Assembly: GCF_006345805.1 (NCBI RefSeq)
Contig: NW_021832235.1
Span: 7,184-71,183, forward strand
DNA length: 64,000 nucleotides
Direction of reading: 5' to 3'
From: Octopus sinensis
Lineage: Eukaryota
Part shown: positions 52,800 to 64,000 of the stretch, one piece after another
How positions within the stretch are numbered: position 1 is the first letter of the stretch
Layout of the letters: each line of letters opens with the position of its first letter
Position numbers and translations under genes: made by a program
Notes under the pieces: model-generated
Told to the model about the DNA's origin: nothing
Databases searched by the model: none
Seen by the model: the letters and a program-made list of their open reading frames with translations, nothing else

Positions 52800-53100
52800 T
52801 GAGGGAATATTATTCCAAACTAACAGGGGAAAATTCAATTTAGAAATACTACATCAAATTTCACAAGATATAATATATATATATAAATTAGAAAAAAACC
52901 CATCTATTATCAATTCAATAATGAAAAATTAAATTACATCATCTAGAAATTGACATATAGAAAAATTAAATATAAGATAAAAAATATAACGATGATTAAG
53001 TAATGTGCAAAATAATAAATAAAACGTATATATTTGGTAAAATAACGACACGTGTTTCGTGGGTATATTTAAGAAATGATTATAGTAAAAATATTAGTAG
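52796..53100. repeat. AT-rich interspersed repeat, homologous to the 55020-55482 foldback
   Basis: Shared ttatcaattcaa..aattaaattac..atctagaaa..gatgattaagtaatgt.caaaataataaataaaacgtatatatttggta. Confidence 0.8.
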
Positions 53101-53168
53101 TAGCCATTTATATAGCCATTTATATAGCCATTTATCAGGTTAAAGATAACTACAATAATAGAATAATT

Positions 53169-53232
<64 letters not shown>

Positions 53233-53926
53233 TGTCACTAGCGTAGCTAGGGGATGGTAGGGGCGTTGCCCCGGGTGGAACATTTAAAAGGGCTACACTG
53301 GGTCTGCTGTACGAAATACATGCTTTTTGCGGTGTCTGGGGAGCGGTAAACGGGCTTAGTGATATACTACATATCACTATAGTACGCTAGTGATATGCAT
53401 ACGTTTGTGTGTATGTAGATGCACAATCATTTGAGCATGGAAAAATGAGCTTTGCAATGTTTGTTCCGGTTCGTTATTTGTTGAGTTAAAATTCCGGCGA
53501 GCTTTACTTAATCTTTCATTCTTCTGATGAGAGAGAATATCAGTCGAGTACTGGCGACGATACACTCGACTATTCCACCTTCACACAAGATTTATACCCT
53601 GTAATTATATATATATATATATATATACACACACATACTCACACACACGCACATACATACATAAATACATACACACACACACGCATCCCGACACACCTAC
53701 TTACGTACATACATGCATGCATACATACATACATACATACATACATACATACATACATACATACATACATGCATGCATGCATCCATGCATATATACGTAC
53801 ATACGTACTCACATATAAGGTTTGGTTTTTCACCAGCATGTTGCTGAAACGATGGTAAACTATGGAATAAGTGTGTAACACCAGATACTCCATTCTTCAT
53901 ATACCATATATATATATATATATATA

Positions 53927-54155
53927 TTTCTTTACTGCCCACAAGGGGCTAAACATAGAGGGGACAAACAAGGACAGACAAAGGGATTAAGTCGATTACA
54001 TCGAACCCAGAGCGAAACTGGCACTTTATTTATCGACCCGAAAGGATGAAAGGCAAAGTCGACCTCGGCGGAATTTGAACCCAGAACGTAATGACAGACG
54101 AAATACCGCTAGGTATTTCGTCCGCGCGCTAACGTTCCTGCCTGTTTGCCGCCTA
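53927..54155 (-). mobile_element. SINE-B with LINE-like tail
   Basis: Reverse complement of 17415-17632. Confidence 0.85.
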
Positions 54156-54159
54156 TATA

Positions 54160-54207
<48 letters not shown>

Positions 54208-54410
54208 ATATATTATATATATATATAGATGTATGTATGTATGTATGTATGTATATGTATATATATGTGTGTGTGAATACATATATATATTCACACACAT
54301 ATGTGTATGTATGTATGTATGTATGTATATGTATATATATATATATATATATATCTATATTTATATATATATATATATATATAGATAGATAGATAGATAG
54401 ATAGATAGAC

Positions 54411-54442
<32 letters not shown>

Positions 54443-54443
54443 C

Positions 54444-54476
<33 letters not shown>

Positions 54477-54777
54477 GTATACACACTTACATATATATTT
54501 CATAACGTGTATGAGCATTTATAAACGTAGGACTCATCAGATGAGTGAACAGATGTTTATATTCCAGAAAAGCGCAGATCATTCAGGATTGATGTGAGAC
54601 TAAACAACGACAACATCAATAATATCGCTTTCAAATTTTGGCACAAGGCCAGCAATTTCAAGTCGGTTACAAGGCCCCAAGTATTCAACTGGTACGCTTT
54701 TTTATTGACTCTGAAAGGATCAAAGGTTTCGGCAACATTGCAACTCTGAACGTAAAGACGGAAAAAATTCCGCTATA

Positions 54778-54977
54778 GGCGCAGGAGTGGCTGTGTGGTA
54801 GGTAGCTTTCGTACCAACCACATGGTTCCGGGTTCAGTCCCACTGCGTGGCACCTTGGGCAAGTGTCTTCTACTATAGCCTCGAGCCGACCAAAGCTTTG
54901 TGAGTGGATTTGGTAGACGGAAACTGAAAGAAGCCCGTCGTATATATGTAGGTGAATATATATATGTATGTGAATAT

Positions 54978-55008
<31 letters not shown>

Positions 55009-55483
55009 TATATGTATGTATAAATTAGAAATTAGAAAAAACACCTTTTATCAATTCAAAATGAACAATTAAATTACACCATCTAGAAAATTACATATAA
55101 TAGAAATATTAAATATAAAGTAACAATAATATACCGATGATTAAGTAATGTACAAAATAATAAATAAAACGTATATATTTGGTAGAATAACATTTAAATT
55201 TTTATTTATTATTTTGCAATTTACTTAATCATTGGTATATTATTGTTATTTTATATTTAATATTTTATCATATGTAATTTTCTAGATGGTGTGTAATTTA
55301 ATTGTTCATTTTGAATTGATAAAAGGGTTTTTTTCTAAATTCTAATTTATATTATATATATATATTATATATATATATATATCCTATATAATATAGATAT
55401 ATATATATATTATATTTTGTGAAATTTGATTTAGTATTTCTAAATGAATTTTTCCATGTCAGTTAGGAATAATATTCCCTGAA

Positions 55484-55518
<35 letters not shown>

Positions 55519-55523
55519 CTATA

Positions 55524-55568
<45 letters not shown>

Positions 55569-55817
55569 CTCTCTTCTCTCTCTCTCTCGATCTCTCTCTC
55601 TCTCTCTAATAATATATATATATATATATATACATCTATAAATATCGCTTGACAACGATTGTGTTGATATTTTACGTCCCCGTCACTTAGCAGTTCTGCA
55701 AAAGAGACCGATAGAATAAGTACTAGGCTTACAAAGAATAAAGTCCTGGGGTCGATTTTCTCGACTAAAGGCGGTGCTCCAGCATGGCCGCAGTCAAATG
55801 ACTGAAAAGAGAGAGTA
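54778..55817 (+). mobile_element. SINE family A split by a foldback insert (5' half 54778-54945, 3' half ~55640-55817)
   Basis: Both halves collinear with the family consensus. Confidence 0.75.
55020..55349. repeat. AT-rich foldback, ~150-bp arms, ~29-bp spacer
   Basis: 55020-55169 versus 55199-55349. Confidence 0.9.
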
Positions 55818-56068
55818 AATATGCTGCCTCGTGGGCTGACGATTCTGGCAGCCATTCGCCTTGAAACAGCGTCGTTAATATCTCTAATGTAAGATGGAAG
55901 CTGATTTCCATGGTACATCAATTAACGGAGTAAACCTATAGTCTTGTTGATACAAAATAGACAATCTACTACGAGACAGTATATATATATTAGGTTACAC
56001 ACAACCACACACACACACATACAAATACATACACATGCACACATATAGACACATATGTAAATACATGC

Positions 56069-56099
<31 letters not shown>

Positions 56100-56335
56100 A
56101 GAGTGGGTGTTTGTATGTATGTGTACACACACATATAACCATTGTCGTATGGTTTGGTATAACACTGGAGCTGCCTTTGACATCTCATAGCATCTCACCA
56201 TCTTCATATTGTATGGTTATTTAGCATATATGCATGTGTAAGTGTGTGTACGTGCGCGCGTGTTTATTATTCATATATATATATGTTTGTGTGTGTATGT
56301 ATGTGTATGTATGTATGTATGTATGTATGTATGTA

Positions 56336-56378
<43 letters not shown>

Positions 56379-56399
56379 TGTGTGTGCAAGTGGATATTC

Positions 56400-56685
56400 G
56401 CCGGTTCCGACGATGAGTATTGAGCTGTTAGATTAACTGGCCTACCTGCTCAGTTCACATAAGTACGTATGGAGCACAGGCCCGGTTCTCTGGTGTATAA
56501 ATATTCCTCTCTAGACTGGGCGCCGGTTTGTCGTAGAAATACTCATTTTTACCGACTAAGTGGACTGGAGGAACGTAAAAATGAAGTATTTTGTTCAAGA
56601 ACACAACGCATCACCCGGTCCAGGAATCGAAACCACAGTCTTTCGACCATAAGCCCATCACACTAACCACTAAGCCATGTGTCTC
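56400..56685 (-). mobile_element. SINE family C, diverged
   Basis: Minus: tggcttagtggttag..ggtttcgattcctggacc. Confidence 0.65.
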
Positions 56686-57204
56686 CACAACTGGACTACC
56701 TGCTAATTGATTTAGAGTGTGAAGTGGCGTAATAGTCGACAGGCAACGTCGTTCACCGGTTGAATTAGCGCGACAAAAGTTTGTCTACAAACTAAAAGGT
56801 TCAACTCTTCCGATGGGCTTCCACTGAGTTATCGTCTATCCAATTTCATTCAAAATGTACAGGTCAACCAGGGTCATGCCAAAAGACACGCGCCCAAGGT
56901 GCCACGCGGTGGGATCCACCCCGACCCTCCTTCATGATTGTCAACTGAACTGATCCATTTCGTTGAAATACCTTACTGTAATCACCCTGTATAGTTTCAG
57001 CTCTGTATAACAGCTATTAACACTAAGTATCATTAAAAAAATATGTGCAGAGATCAATAGCACAGGCATACAGTGGATGATATATATCAGAATAGGAGAG
57101 CTGGGTTCAAGGAAGATAACTCAAACCGCTTAAATCGTCGTTGTCATTTTTCCCGTCACACTCAAGCCGCAGTGAAGTAGAAATAACATTGAGAATTTTA
57201 CACA

Positions 57205-57280
57205 ATGTAATATAATATAATATAATATAATATAATATAATATAATAAATATAGTATAATATAATGTAATATAATATAAT
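57205..57280. repeat. (TAATA)n pentanucleotide repeat
   Basis: Direct inspection. Confidence 0.9.
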
Positions 57281-59439
57281 TATGAGTTTATTGTATACAG
57301 TGCTCAGGTACATTTCAATTAATGGAAAAAGGTAAAAGAGGGGAGATAAACCAGCTTACTCGCATACTGTGTCGTACCTTGTTCCAGCTGGGGATTACGT
57401 GAAGAATACACTTTTCTGTATATTCTTCCTCAACTTACACATTAAGTGAAGGAATATTCATTGTCGAGTGGCTGTCCTGAGGTCCCCTTCATGTCTCTGA
57501 AAGATACTGCAGACGTGATCGGTATGACGGCAAATAGACGTCAACTTGGCAGAATGATTAAGAAGTTGGTTTCGTAACTGTTACATTTCGGATTGATCTT
57601 ACGGTGCAATATCTTGTGAAAGCGTATTAAGCAAGAATCTGACATCGGCACAAGAATTATGAGTAAATCTGAATAGATGGAAATTTCGAGATGGCCATTG
57701 GATTGTACCTTTAAATTGTAGAATTGTACCTTTAAATCAAATATCCAGTCAGTTATACACTAAGTGATGCTAATTTTAGCTGGGTACGACGTTTATCCAA
57801 GTAGAATCTGCTACTTACATATTAAACTCTGCTACTTACACGTTTTATCCAGCTACGGTATACTCAACTACTTATATGCTGAATAAACGAATATTGATCG
57901 TCGAAACCAATAGATAAACTATTAAGCATCAGTCGGTGGTCAGTAGCTTGATTAAAGAGTAATGCTTTATTACATTGACTGTCAGTGTTCTACCATTTTA
58001 TATTCAAATGTTGTCAGTAAAGCTTTGGTCTGTCGCTCTCTTTAGATTCAATTTTGATAACAGAATTACTTGCAACGCCATGTACATGTAACCGTATTAT
58101 ATTAGTATATACCCGAAACTAATATCTGTGTGGCTTTAAGATTCAGTCATAGGGGTCAGTTAGAGACGTATGGCCGCACGGACCGGTTACCAGAAAACCG
58201 ACAATACTACAGAGAACTCGTTTTTCCTACCTGTTCTCACCTGTCGTCATGAATGTTGGTTAAGTGTGCGATCACGAAATATGGTGCCTCTCAAGCATCT
58301 CTAGCATAAAATTATTCCATGGGTGCGTGGCTCGAGGATCAAGGATTCTCTCCTAGCCGAGCCGCCGTTACTTTTCTACGTTGAGAGACAACTCCGGATA
58401 TGTTACGAGAATGCTGTAGGAAAGAATCACAGAATTTACCACCAGTTCTGTTGCACCGCGCCAAAATGGATGCGGGGCACCACAGAATGATAAATGGTTC
58501 ATGGCATAGAAGGGATCACTTTAAACTTGCAAACATAATATTTAGGGTGCCTTATCTATACTATACATAGAAGCAGATGGGTTTTGGGGATATGTACGTA
58601 CATATATACGTATGTATGTATGTATGTATGTATGTATGTATGCATGCATGCATGTACGTAAGTACGTATGTATAAATGTATGTATGTACGTACATACGTA
58701 CATAAGTATGTATGTATTTATGAATGCATGTATGTTTGTATATTGTTATTATTATAAAGGTGTGCATGCATATATGTATATATATATCTATATATGTATA
58801 TCTATCCATCCAAGACTTTGCAATTAGAAAAAAAAAGTAGGACAAAACTGTTCAAATTTCAATAAAGTGGAAGTATACAAAAGATTACTTTCCCTTTTAC
58901 TGTTAGTTTTGTTTCATTTTGAAAAATAAAACAATATTTTATGGTTTATTATTGTTTATATATAAATTATACATATGCACCAAAATTTTCTGAATGCTTA
59001 GGGCGGATAGAACCCAAGGGAGGTAAGTACCTGAGAACTCAAACTCTACAACTCTCTCAGAAATGGAGAGCGAAAATGATGGACGGATGGATGATAGGAA
59101 ATTTACTTTCATCAAATATCTGCATTATCACTTAATTTACATGTAATAGCCATGATAATCGTCTGATCACAAGAGCATCCCATCCAGCTCGGAATTGACA
59201 TGTGTGGAAATGTATGGCTATTGGACAGCACCGTGTACATTATACAATATAAAGAGGCAACGATATGCGGAAGCATTCGCCTTGCAGTGAATGGGAAAGT
59301 AGAATTTGAAATGGCATTCAGACAGAGTAGTCTCCCTTGACTGATGCTGTTTTTTTTTTTTCGTGCAGAGTTATTTTTTCTTCCATTATCTTCCGTTGCA
59401 CAGAATTAATCTCCGTAAATAAATATTACGCTATGTTGT

Positions 59440-59688
59440 TGTTGTTGTTGTTAGTGGTGGTGGTAGTGGTGGTGGTGATGATGGAGGTGGTGGCGGCTGC
59501 GGTAATGGTAGTGGTGTGCGGGTGGGGGCGCGGAGGCGGCGATGGTAGCAGCAATGGTGGTGACGATCACGGTAATGGTGGTGGCGGCGGCGATAGTGGT
59601 GGTGGTAGTGGTAGCGGCGGCGGCGGCGGCGGCGGTGGCGCCGGTTGTGGTGGTGGTGGTGTTGATGATGATGATGGTGATGATACTG
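59440..59688. repeat. GGT/GGC trinucleotide tract
   Basis: Direct inspection. Confidence 0.9.
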
Positions 59689-59879
59689 ACGAAAAGTTTA
59701 GACATGTAGAAACGGTCGAAGTATGACCTCTAAGATAATAAAGAATATAAAATTCCACATTTGTATGAAGTATTGAGTACTAAATAAAAAAAAAACAAAC
59801 ATCTACTTCGTTTCAACCTATTAACGTCGAAAACTATGTGTATGTGTGTGTTTATATGTATGTGTGCCTGCATGTATGT

Positions 59880-59917
<38 letters not shown>

Positions 59918-59924
59918 CACCGTG

Positions 59925-60228
59925 ACCACCGTGACCGACCAGGCTATCAGATGTTGCTACACATCGCTGGTCACGATGCGCTTCGCATTGTTTTTTAGCC
60001 TTCAAATGACGCCACCCCGCTGGCTAAGCGAGCAGGCCAACAGAAGAAAGAGTAAGAGAAAGTTGTGGCGAAAGAGTACAGCAGGGATCGTCACCACCCG
60101 CTGCCGGACCCTCGTGGAGCTTTTAGGCGTTTTCGCTCAACAAACACTCACAACGCCCGGTCTGGGAATCGAAACCGCGATCCTACGACCGCGAGTCCGC
60201 TGCCCTAACCACTGGGCCATTGTGCCTC
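59925..60228 (-). mobile_element. tRNA-Arg-like SINE (family D)
   Basis: Minus: tggcccagtggttagggcagcggacTCGcggtcgtagg..ggtttcgattcccagacc; TCG at the anticodon position is consistent with the tRNA-Arg origin reported for octopus SINEs. Confidence 0.7.
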
Positions 60229-60238
60229 CTCATATACA

Positions 60239-60296
<58 letters not shown>

Positions 60297-60344
60297 TATG
60301 TGTCTATGCGTTCGTATATATGCATCTTTGTATCTTATATCCTT

Positions 60345-60770
60345 TATTTTTTACTTGTTTCAGATTTTAGACTGCGGCCATGCTGGGGCTACACCTTGTA
60401 GAATTGTTTTTATTCAATTCAATCGACCCCAGGACTTTTTTTATCAAGCCTGGTACTTATCGGCTGTTTTTGCTGAACCGCTAGGTTACGAGCTCGTAAA
60501 CGCAACAGCGCTGATTGCCCCGTGAAGGTAGGGGGCAAACATAAACACACACACACACACACACACCACACACACAAATACACACACATACACACATACA
60601 CATACACACATACATATGTATATGACGGGCTTCTTTCCGTTTCCGTCTACGAAATCCACTTATGAGGGTTTGGTCGGCCCGAGGCTGCAGTAGAAGACAC
60701 CTGTTCCAAGTGTCTCGCAGTGGGACTGAACCTCGAACCATGTGGTCGGGAAGCAAGCTTCTTACCGCAC
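60345..60770 (-). mobile_element. SINE family A
   Basis: Reverse complement of the family with internal (CA)n. Confidence 0.82.
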
Positions 60771-61225
60771 AAATATACACATGCGCGCGCGCACACACAC
60801 ACAGACCACTTACATACACATGTGTGTGTATGTCAGTGTGTTTTGTATGTATGAATGCATGTGCGTATGTGTATATGTATGTATGTATGTTTATTCCAGA
60901 GTTGAAGAAGCTGTACGCGATGACGCAGAATAAATACCTCAAAGGCACGTCTGAGAGTGGATTAACACTTAATCTATAATCGGTCGTCCGACGAAATATA
61001 TTTTTTGCGCCTAACGTTTATGGATGAAATGTATAAACATACATACACTCATGCATATATATAGGCATATATATATGTGTGTGTGTGTATGTGTGTGTGT
61101 GTGTGTGTGTGAGTGTGTGTATACACACACACACGCAGAGACTTATAAATATGTGTGGTTGCGTGTGCATGCGCTCGCGCGTGAGTGTGTGCGTGTGTGT
61201 GTATACATATATATACATACATATA

Positions 61226-62111
61226 CCGTATTTGACGGCATATTAGACGCACCCTCATTTCAGCAGGTCAAATTCAGGAAAAAACGTTTTAAGTGTATTT
61301 AAGCATATATTGTTGAAAGCAGTCTAGCAGCACATTACAAAAGCAGAAAACATTGCTGTATAAAAGCAAGCATACAAAAGGAAAGCATGCAAATTACAAT
61401 AGTAATCATCTTTAATCATCTTTTTAAACCAGAAAACTCTTCATCATCTTCTACACCAGAAAAGTCTTCATAATCAGCAGGCATTTTTTGTGCAATGGAT
61501 GTTTTTGTACGCATTGATAAACCCTTCCGTTTCATAAACCTGTAACACCAACCTTCTGTTCCTGCAAAGTTCTGTATCCCTCGTTGTTCTGCTATTCTCA
61601 TGGCCTCATGAATTATCATTTTGGTAGATACACTTCTCCCTGAGTTTCTCTCATTAAGCACCCACGTTTTTATATCATCCTCAAGTTCTGGCCAATGTGG
61701 GGCTGGGAAACAAAGGTTATGTTTACCTTTCTGTGCTCTCATCAGCTGCTCTTCTTGCTGTCGCCAGACACGTAACATTTTTTCTGTAGGTGGTGGCCCC
61801 AAAACCCTTGCTGCTGCTCTATTTCCATGCTCCTTGGCATAATCTACCACTCGTAGTTTGTAGGAGATTTTGTAGCTTGATCTTTTTGCTGACATAGCCG
61901 TGAGGGTGCTTGTACTGTTGTAGTGTGTCTTGTTATGATCATAAACTTTGTTGTACCAAGATATCCAACCTACCTCCGTATATACACGAACTCGCAACGA
62001 TCATGTGCATTCCGTAGTTTTACTCCTCACCGTCAGATGGCATCGAGTTAGGGTTCCGATCAGCTAATATTAGTAAACGTGTGTCATGGATCGCAGCCTA
62101 ACAATTTACGG
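61226..62111 (-). mobile_element. Internally deleted pogo-family (POGK/Passer-like) DNA transposon, 886 bp
   Basis: TA-ccgta...tacgg-TA ends; left end ccgtatttgacggcatattagacgcac; ORF inside. Confidence 0.75.
61416..61895 (-). CDS. Uninterrupted pogo N-terminal DNA-binding region (Brinker-like + CENP-B/Tc5 HTH) fused to an acidic C-terminal tail; DDE domain absent
   Basis: MSAKRSSY..YKLRVVDYAKEHGNRAAAR..WPELE..WV..R..G..VST..I..A..F..T.GWCYRFMKR.GLS.R..T..AQKMP, then DFSGVEDDEEF; expression unknown. Confidence 0.6.
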   Translation of the reverse strand: MSAKRSSYKISYKLRVVDYAKEHGNRAAARVLGPPPTEKMLRVWRQQEEQLMRAQKGKHNLCFPAPHWPELEDDIKTWVLNERNSGRSVSTKMIIHEAMRIAEQRGIQNFAGTEGWCYRFMKRKGLSMRTKTSIAQKMPADYEDFSGVEDDEEFSGLKR

Positions 62112-62159
62112 TAGATTGCTTTGATTTTTACGATAATTCGTATTTTAAAGTAATAATAC

Positions 62160-62161
<2 letters not shown>

Positions 62162-62227
<66 letters not shown>
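62162..62227. repeat. (TAA)n microsatellite
   Basis: Direct inspection. Confidence 0.95.
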
Positions 62228-62229
<2 letters not shown>

Positions 62230-62294
62230 AGCAATAAAATAATGATGCATGAGTACGGAAAATATCATTAAGGTGTTATGTATATGTAATTGTG

Positions 62295-62480
62295 TGTCTG
62301 TGTTTGTCTCCCCAACATCGCTTGACAACCGAGGCTGGTTTGTTTACGTCCCAGTAACTTGGCGGTTCGGCAAAAGACACCGATAGAATAAGTACTAGGC
62401 TTACAAAGAATAAGCTCTGGGATCGACTAAAGGCGATGCTCCAGCATGGCCGCAATCAGTTGACCGAAACAAGTAAAAGA
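62295..62480 (+). mobile_element. SINE family A, 3' half
   Basis: caacatcgcttgacaaccg..gaaacaagtaaaaga. Confidence 0.82.
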
Positions 62481-62959
62481 TGTGGAGCATGGTATTTTTT
62501 CAGTCGTTTTTGTTTGCCCATGGACAAGATAACCGCTGGATGGATTCGGATGAAGCTTTCAGAGATGTTTCGCCTCGTGACTGGCACGAACTGATTAGAT
62601 TTTGGGATCGATCCGGTACCGGACAAAGATACTGGATTATTTTTCTTTTTTTACTTATTTTCTTACTTATTTTCTTACTTATTTTTCAGTATTCTTGTTT
62701 GTGAGAAGAGTCAAGTTTATTTCAGTTATTCTCATTTTAAAACTCATCTCTGGCTAATCATTGAGAGGACGTTTGTGTAGCCGAGGCAGAGGTTTGTGCT
62801 CTCTGAGTGCTCTTGTTTATTTATGTATTTGTATATTTATTTATTGTTATCTTACGTTTTGGTTGAAAAATCGTGACTGACAAGATGGCGATTCGTATTT
62901 CTGATTTTATATACATTGATGTTGTTGTTTCTATTGTTATTGTTGTTCTTTTAGTCTTA

Positions 62960-63190
62960 TCTTTTACTTGTTTTTGTCATTGAACTGCGGCCATGCTAGG
63001 ACACCTCCTTGGAGGGTTTGGTCGAACTAATCGACTCTAATACTTTTTCTTTGTTTTTTTTTTCTTTCTTAAAATCTGTTACTTATTGGTCATTTTTATA
63101 TTTGCCGACTCGCTAATTGATGGGGACATAAACAAACCGATACCGGTCATCAAGCGGGGATTAACAAGAATACCAACACAAAGACATACA
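62960..63190 (-). mobile_element. SINE family A, degenerate 3' half
   Basis: ttttacttgtt..tgcggccatgctag. Confidence 0.6.
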
Positions 63191-63432
63191 CACATATATT
63201 GGCCACAGTCAAAATGACTGAAACAAGTAAAAGAATAAAAGAACATGTATATGTGTGTGTGTGCTTGTGTGTGCATATGTATATATGTGTGTATGTACAT
63301 ATATATGTATGTATATTTATATATGTGTGTATATGAAAGCATTGATCGATTAAATGGATCCTCTTGAAACGGCCACAATGCACTTATACATAGACATCCT
63401 TTTTACCTACGTACATTGTATATATATATATA

Positions 63433-63856
63433 GGCGTAGGAGTGGCTGTGTGGTAAGTAGCTTGCTTACCAACCACATGGTTCCGGGTTCAGTACCACTG
63501 CGTGGCACCTTGGGCAAGTGTCTTTTACTATAGCCTCGGCCCGACCAAAGCCTTGTGAGTGGATTTGGTAGACGGAAACTGAAAGAAGCCCGTCGTATAT
63601 ATGTATATATATATATATATGTATGTGTGTATATGTTTGTGTGTCTGTGTTTGTCCCCACCAACATCGCTTGACAACCGATGCTGGTGTGTTTACGTCCC
63701 CGTAACTTAGCGGTTCGGCAAAAGAGACCGATAGAATAAGTACTAGGCTTACAAAGAATAAGTCCTGGGATCGATTTGCTCGACTAAAAGGTGGTGCTCC
63801 AGCATGGCTACAGTCAAATGACTGAAACAAGTAAAAGAGTAAAAGAGTAAAGAGTA
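63433..63856 (+). mobile_element. SINE family A, near-intact reference copy (octopus OR-type CORE-SINE by inference)
   Basis: A box tggctgtgtggt, B box ggttcagtacc, CORE-like gcaccttgggcaagtgtctt, internal TA/TG tract, tail aagagtaaaagagtaaagagta. Confidence 0.9.
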
Positions 63857-64000
63857 TATATAATTACGTATAAGAGAGAGGGTACGTAAGTGCTGTATAT
63901 ATATATGTATAAAAAATACAAACTGGGACAAGAACGCAAAACATTTCGATGACGACACAAAACACGGACTTTCGAAGCCTTCAATCTTCAGTCACGAACC

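Noticed and set aside
53236-53392. 10-bp TIR pair cactagcgta/tacgctagtg suggesting a hAT MITE
   Set aside because: No target-site duplication and the TIR is short; left as unsupported
58100-58560. GC-balanced unique-looking block with minus-strand donor sites
   Set aside because: All frames checked hit stops shortly upstream of the donors; no recognisable motif
59925-60228. tRNA gene
   Set aside because: Only a tRNA-like head with A/B boxes and no acceptor stem; it is a SINE
62760-62915. Possible LINE 5' UTR/ORF1 start (acaagatggcg, MAIRISDF)
   Set aside because: Only a few codons before low-complexity sequence; too little to support a call

Overview
AT-rich animal DNA with very many microsatellites. 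The SINE families and repeat density point to an octopus/coleoid genome (inference). I found no host protein-coding exon I can support, so this is probably intronic or intergenic sequence. Almost all long ORFs in the track (MYVC/HTHT/YIYI-type) are translations of microsatellites. Real coding remnants are all transposon-derived: a frameshifted Penelope-like element (RT + GIY-YIG, 2.27-4.32 kb), a second Naiad-like GIY-YIG fragment missed by the ORF track, a full-length mariner with two stops, an R4/Dong-like endonuclease, RTE and Tx1/L1 RT fragments, a mariner foldback and an internally deleted pogo element. Non-coding elements include more than 25 tRNA-derived SINE copies, two non-autonomous Helitrons, a hAT MITE with an 8-bp TSD, several foldbacks and a 12.3-kb ACAT/ACAG satellite. 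The main hidden signal is a set of at least five unrelated minimal type-I hammerhead ribozyme motifs with palindromic stem III, found by eye. Some have variant cores (U3-A8 or U4C). One sits in a 494-bp unit that looks like about 1.4 turns of a roughly 363-nt circle, i.e. a candidate retrozyme/circRNA system mobilised by Penelope-like elements. All calls are manual; no database search or folding program was run.
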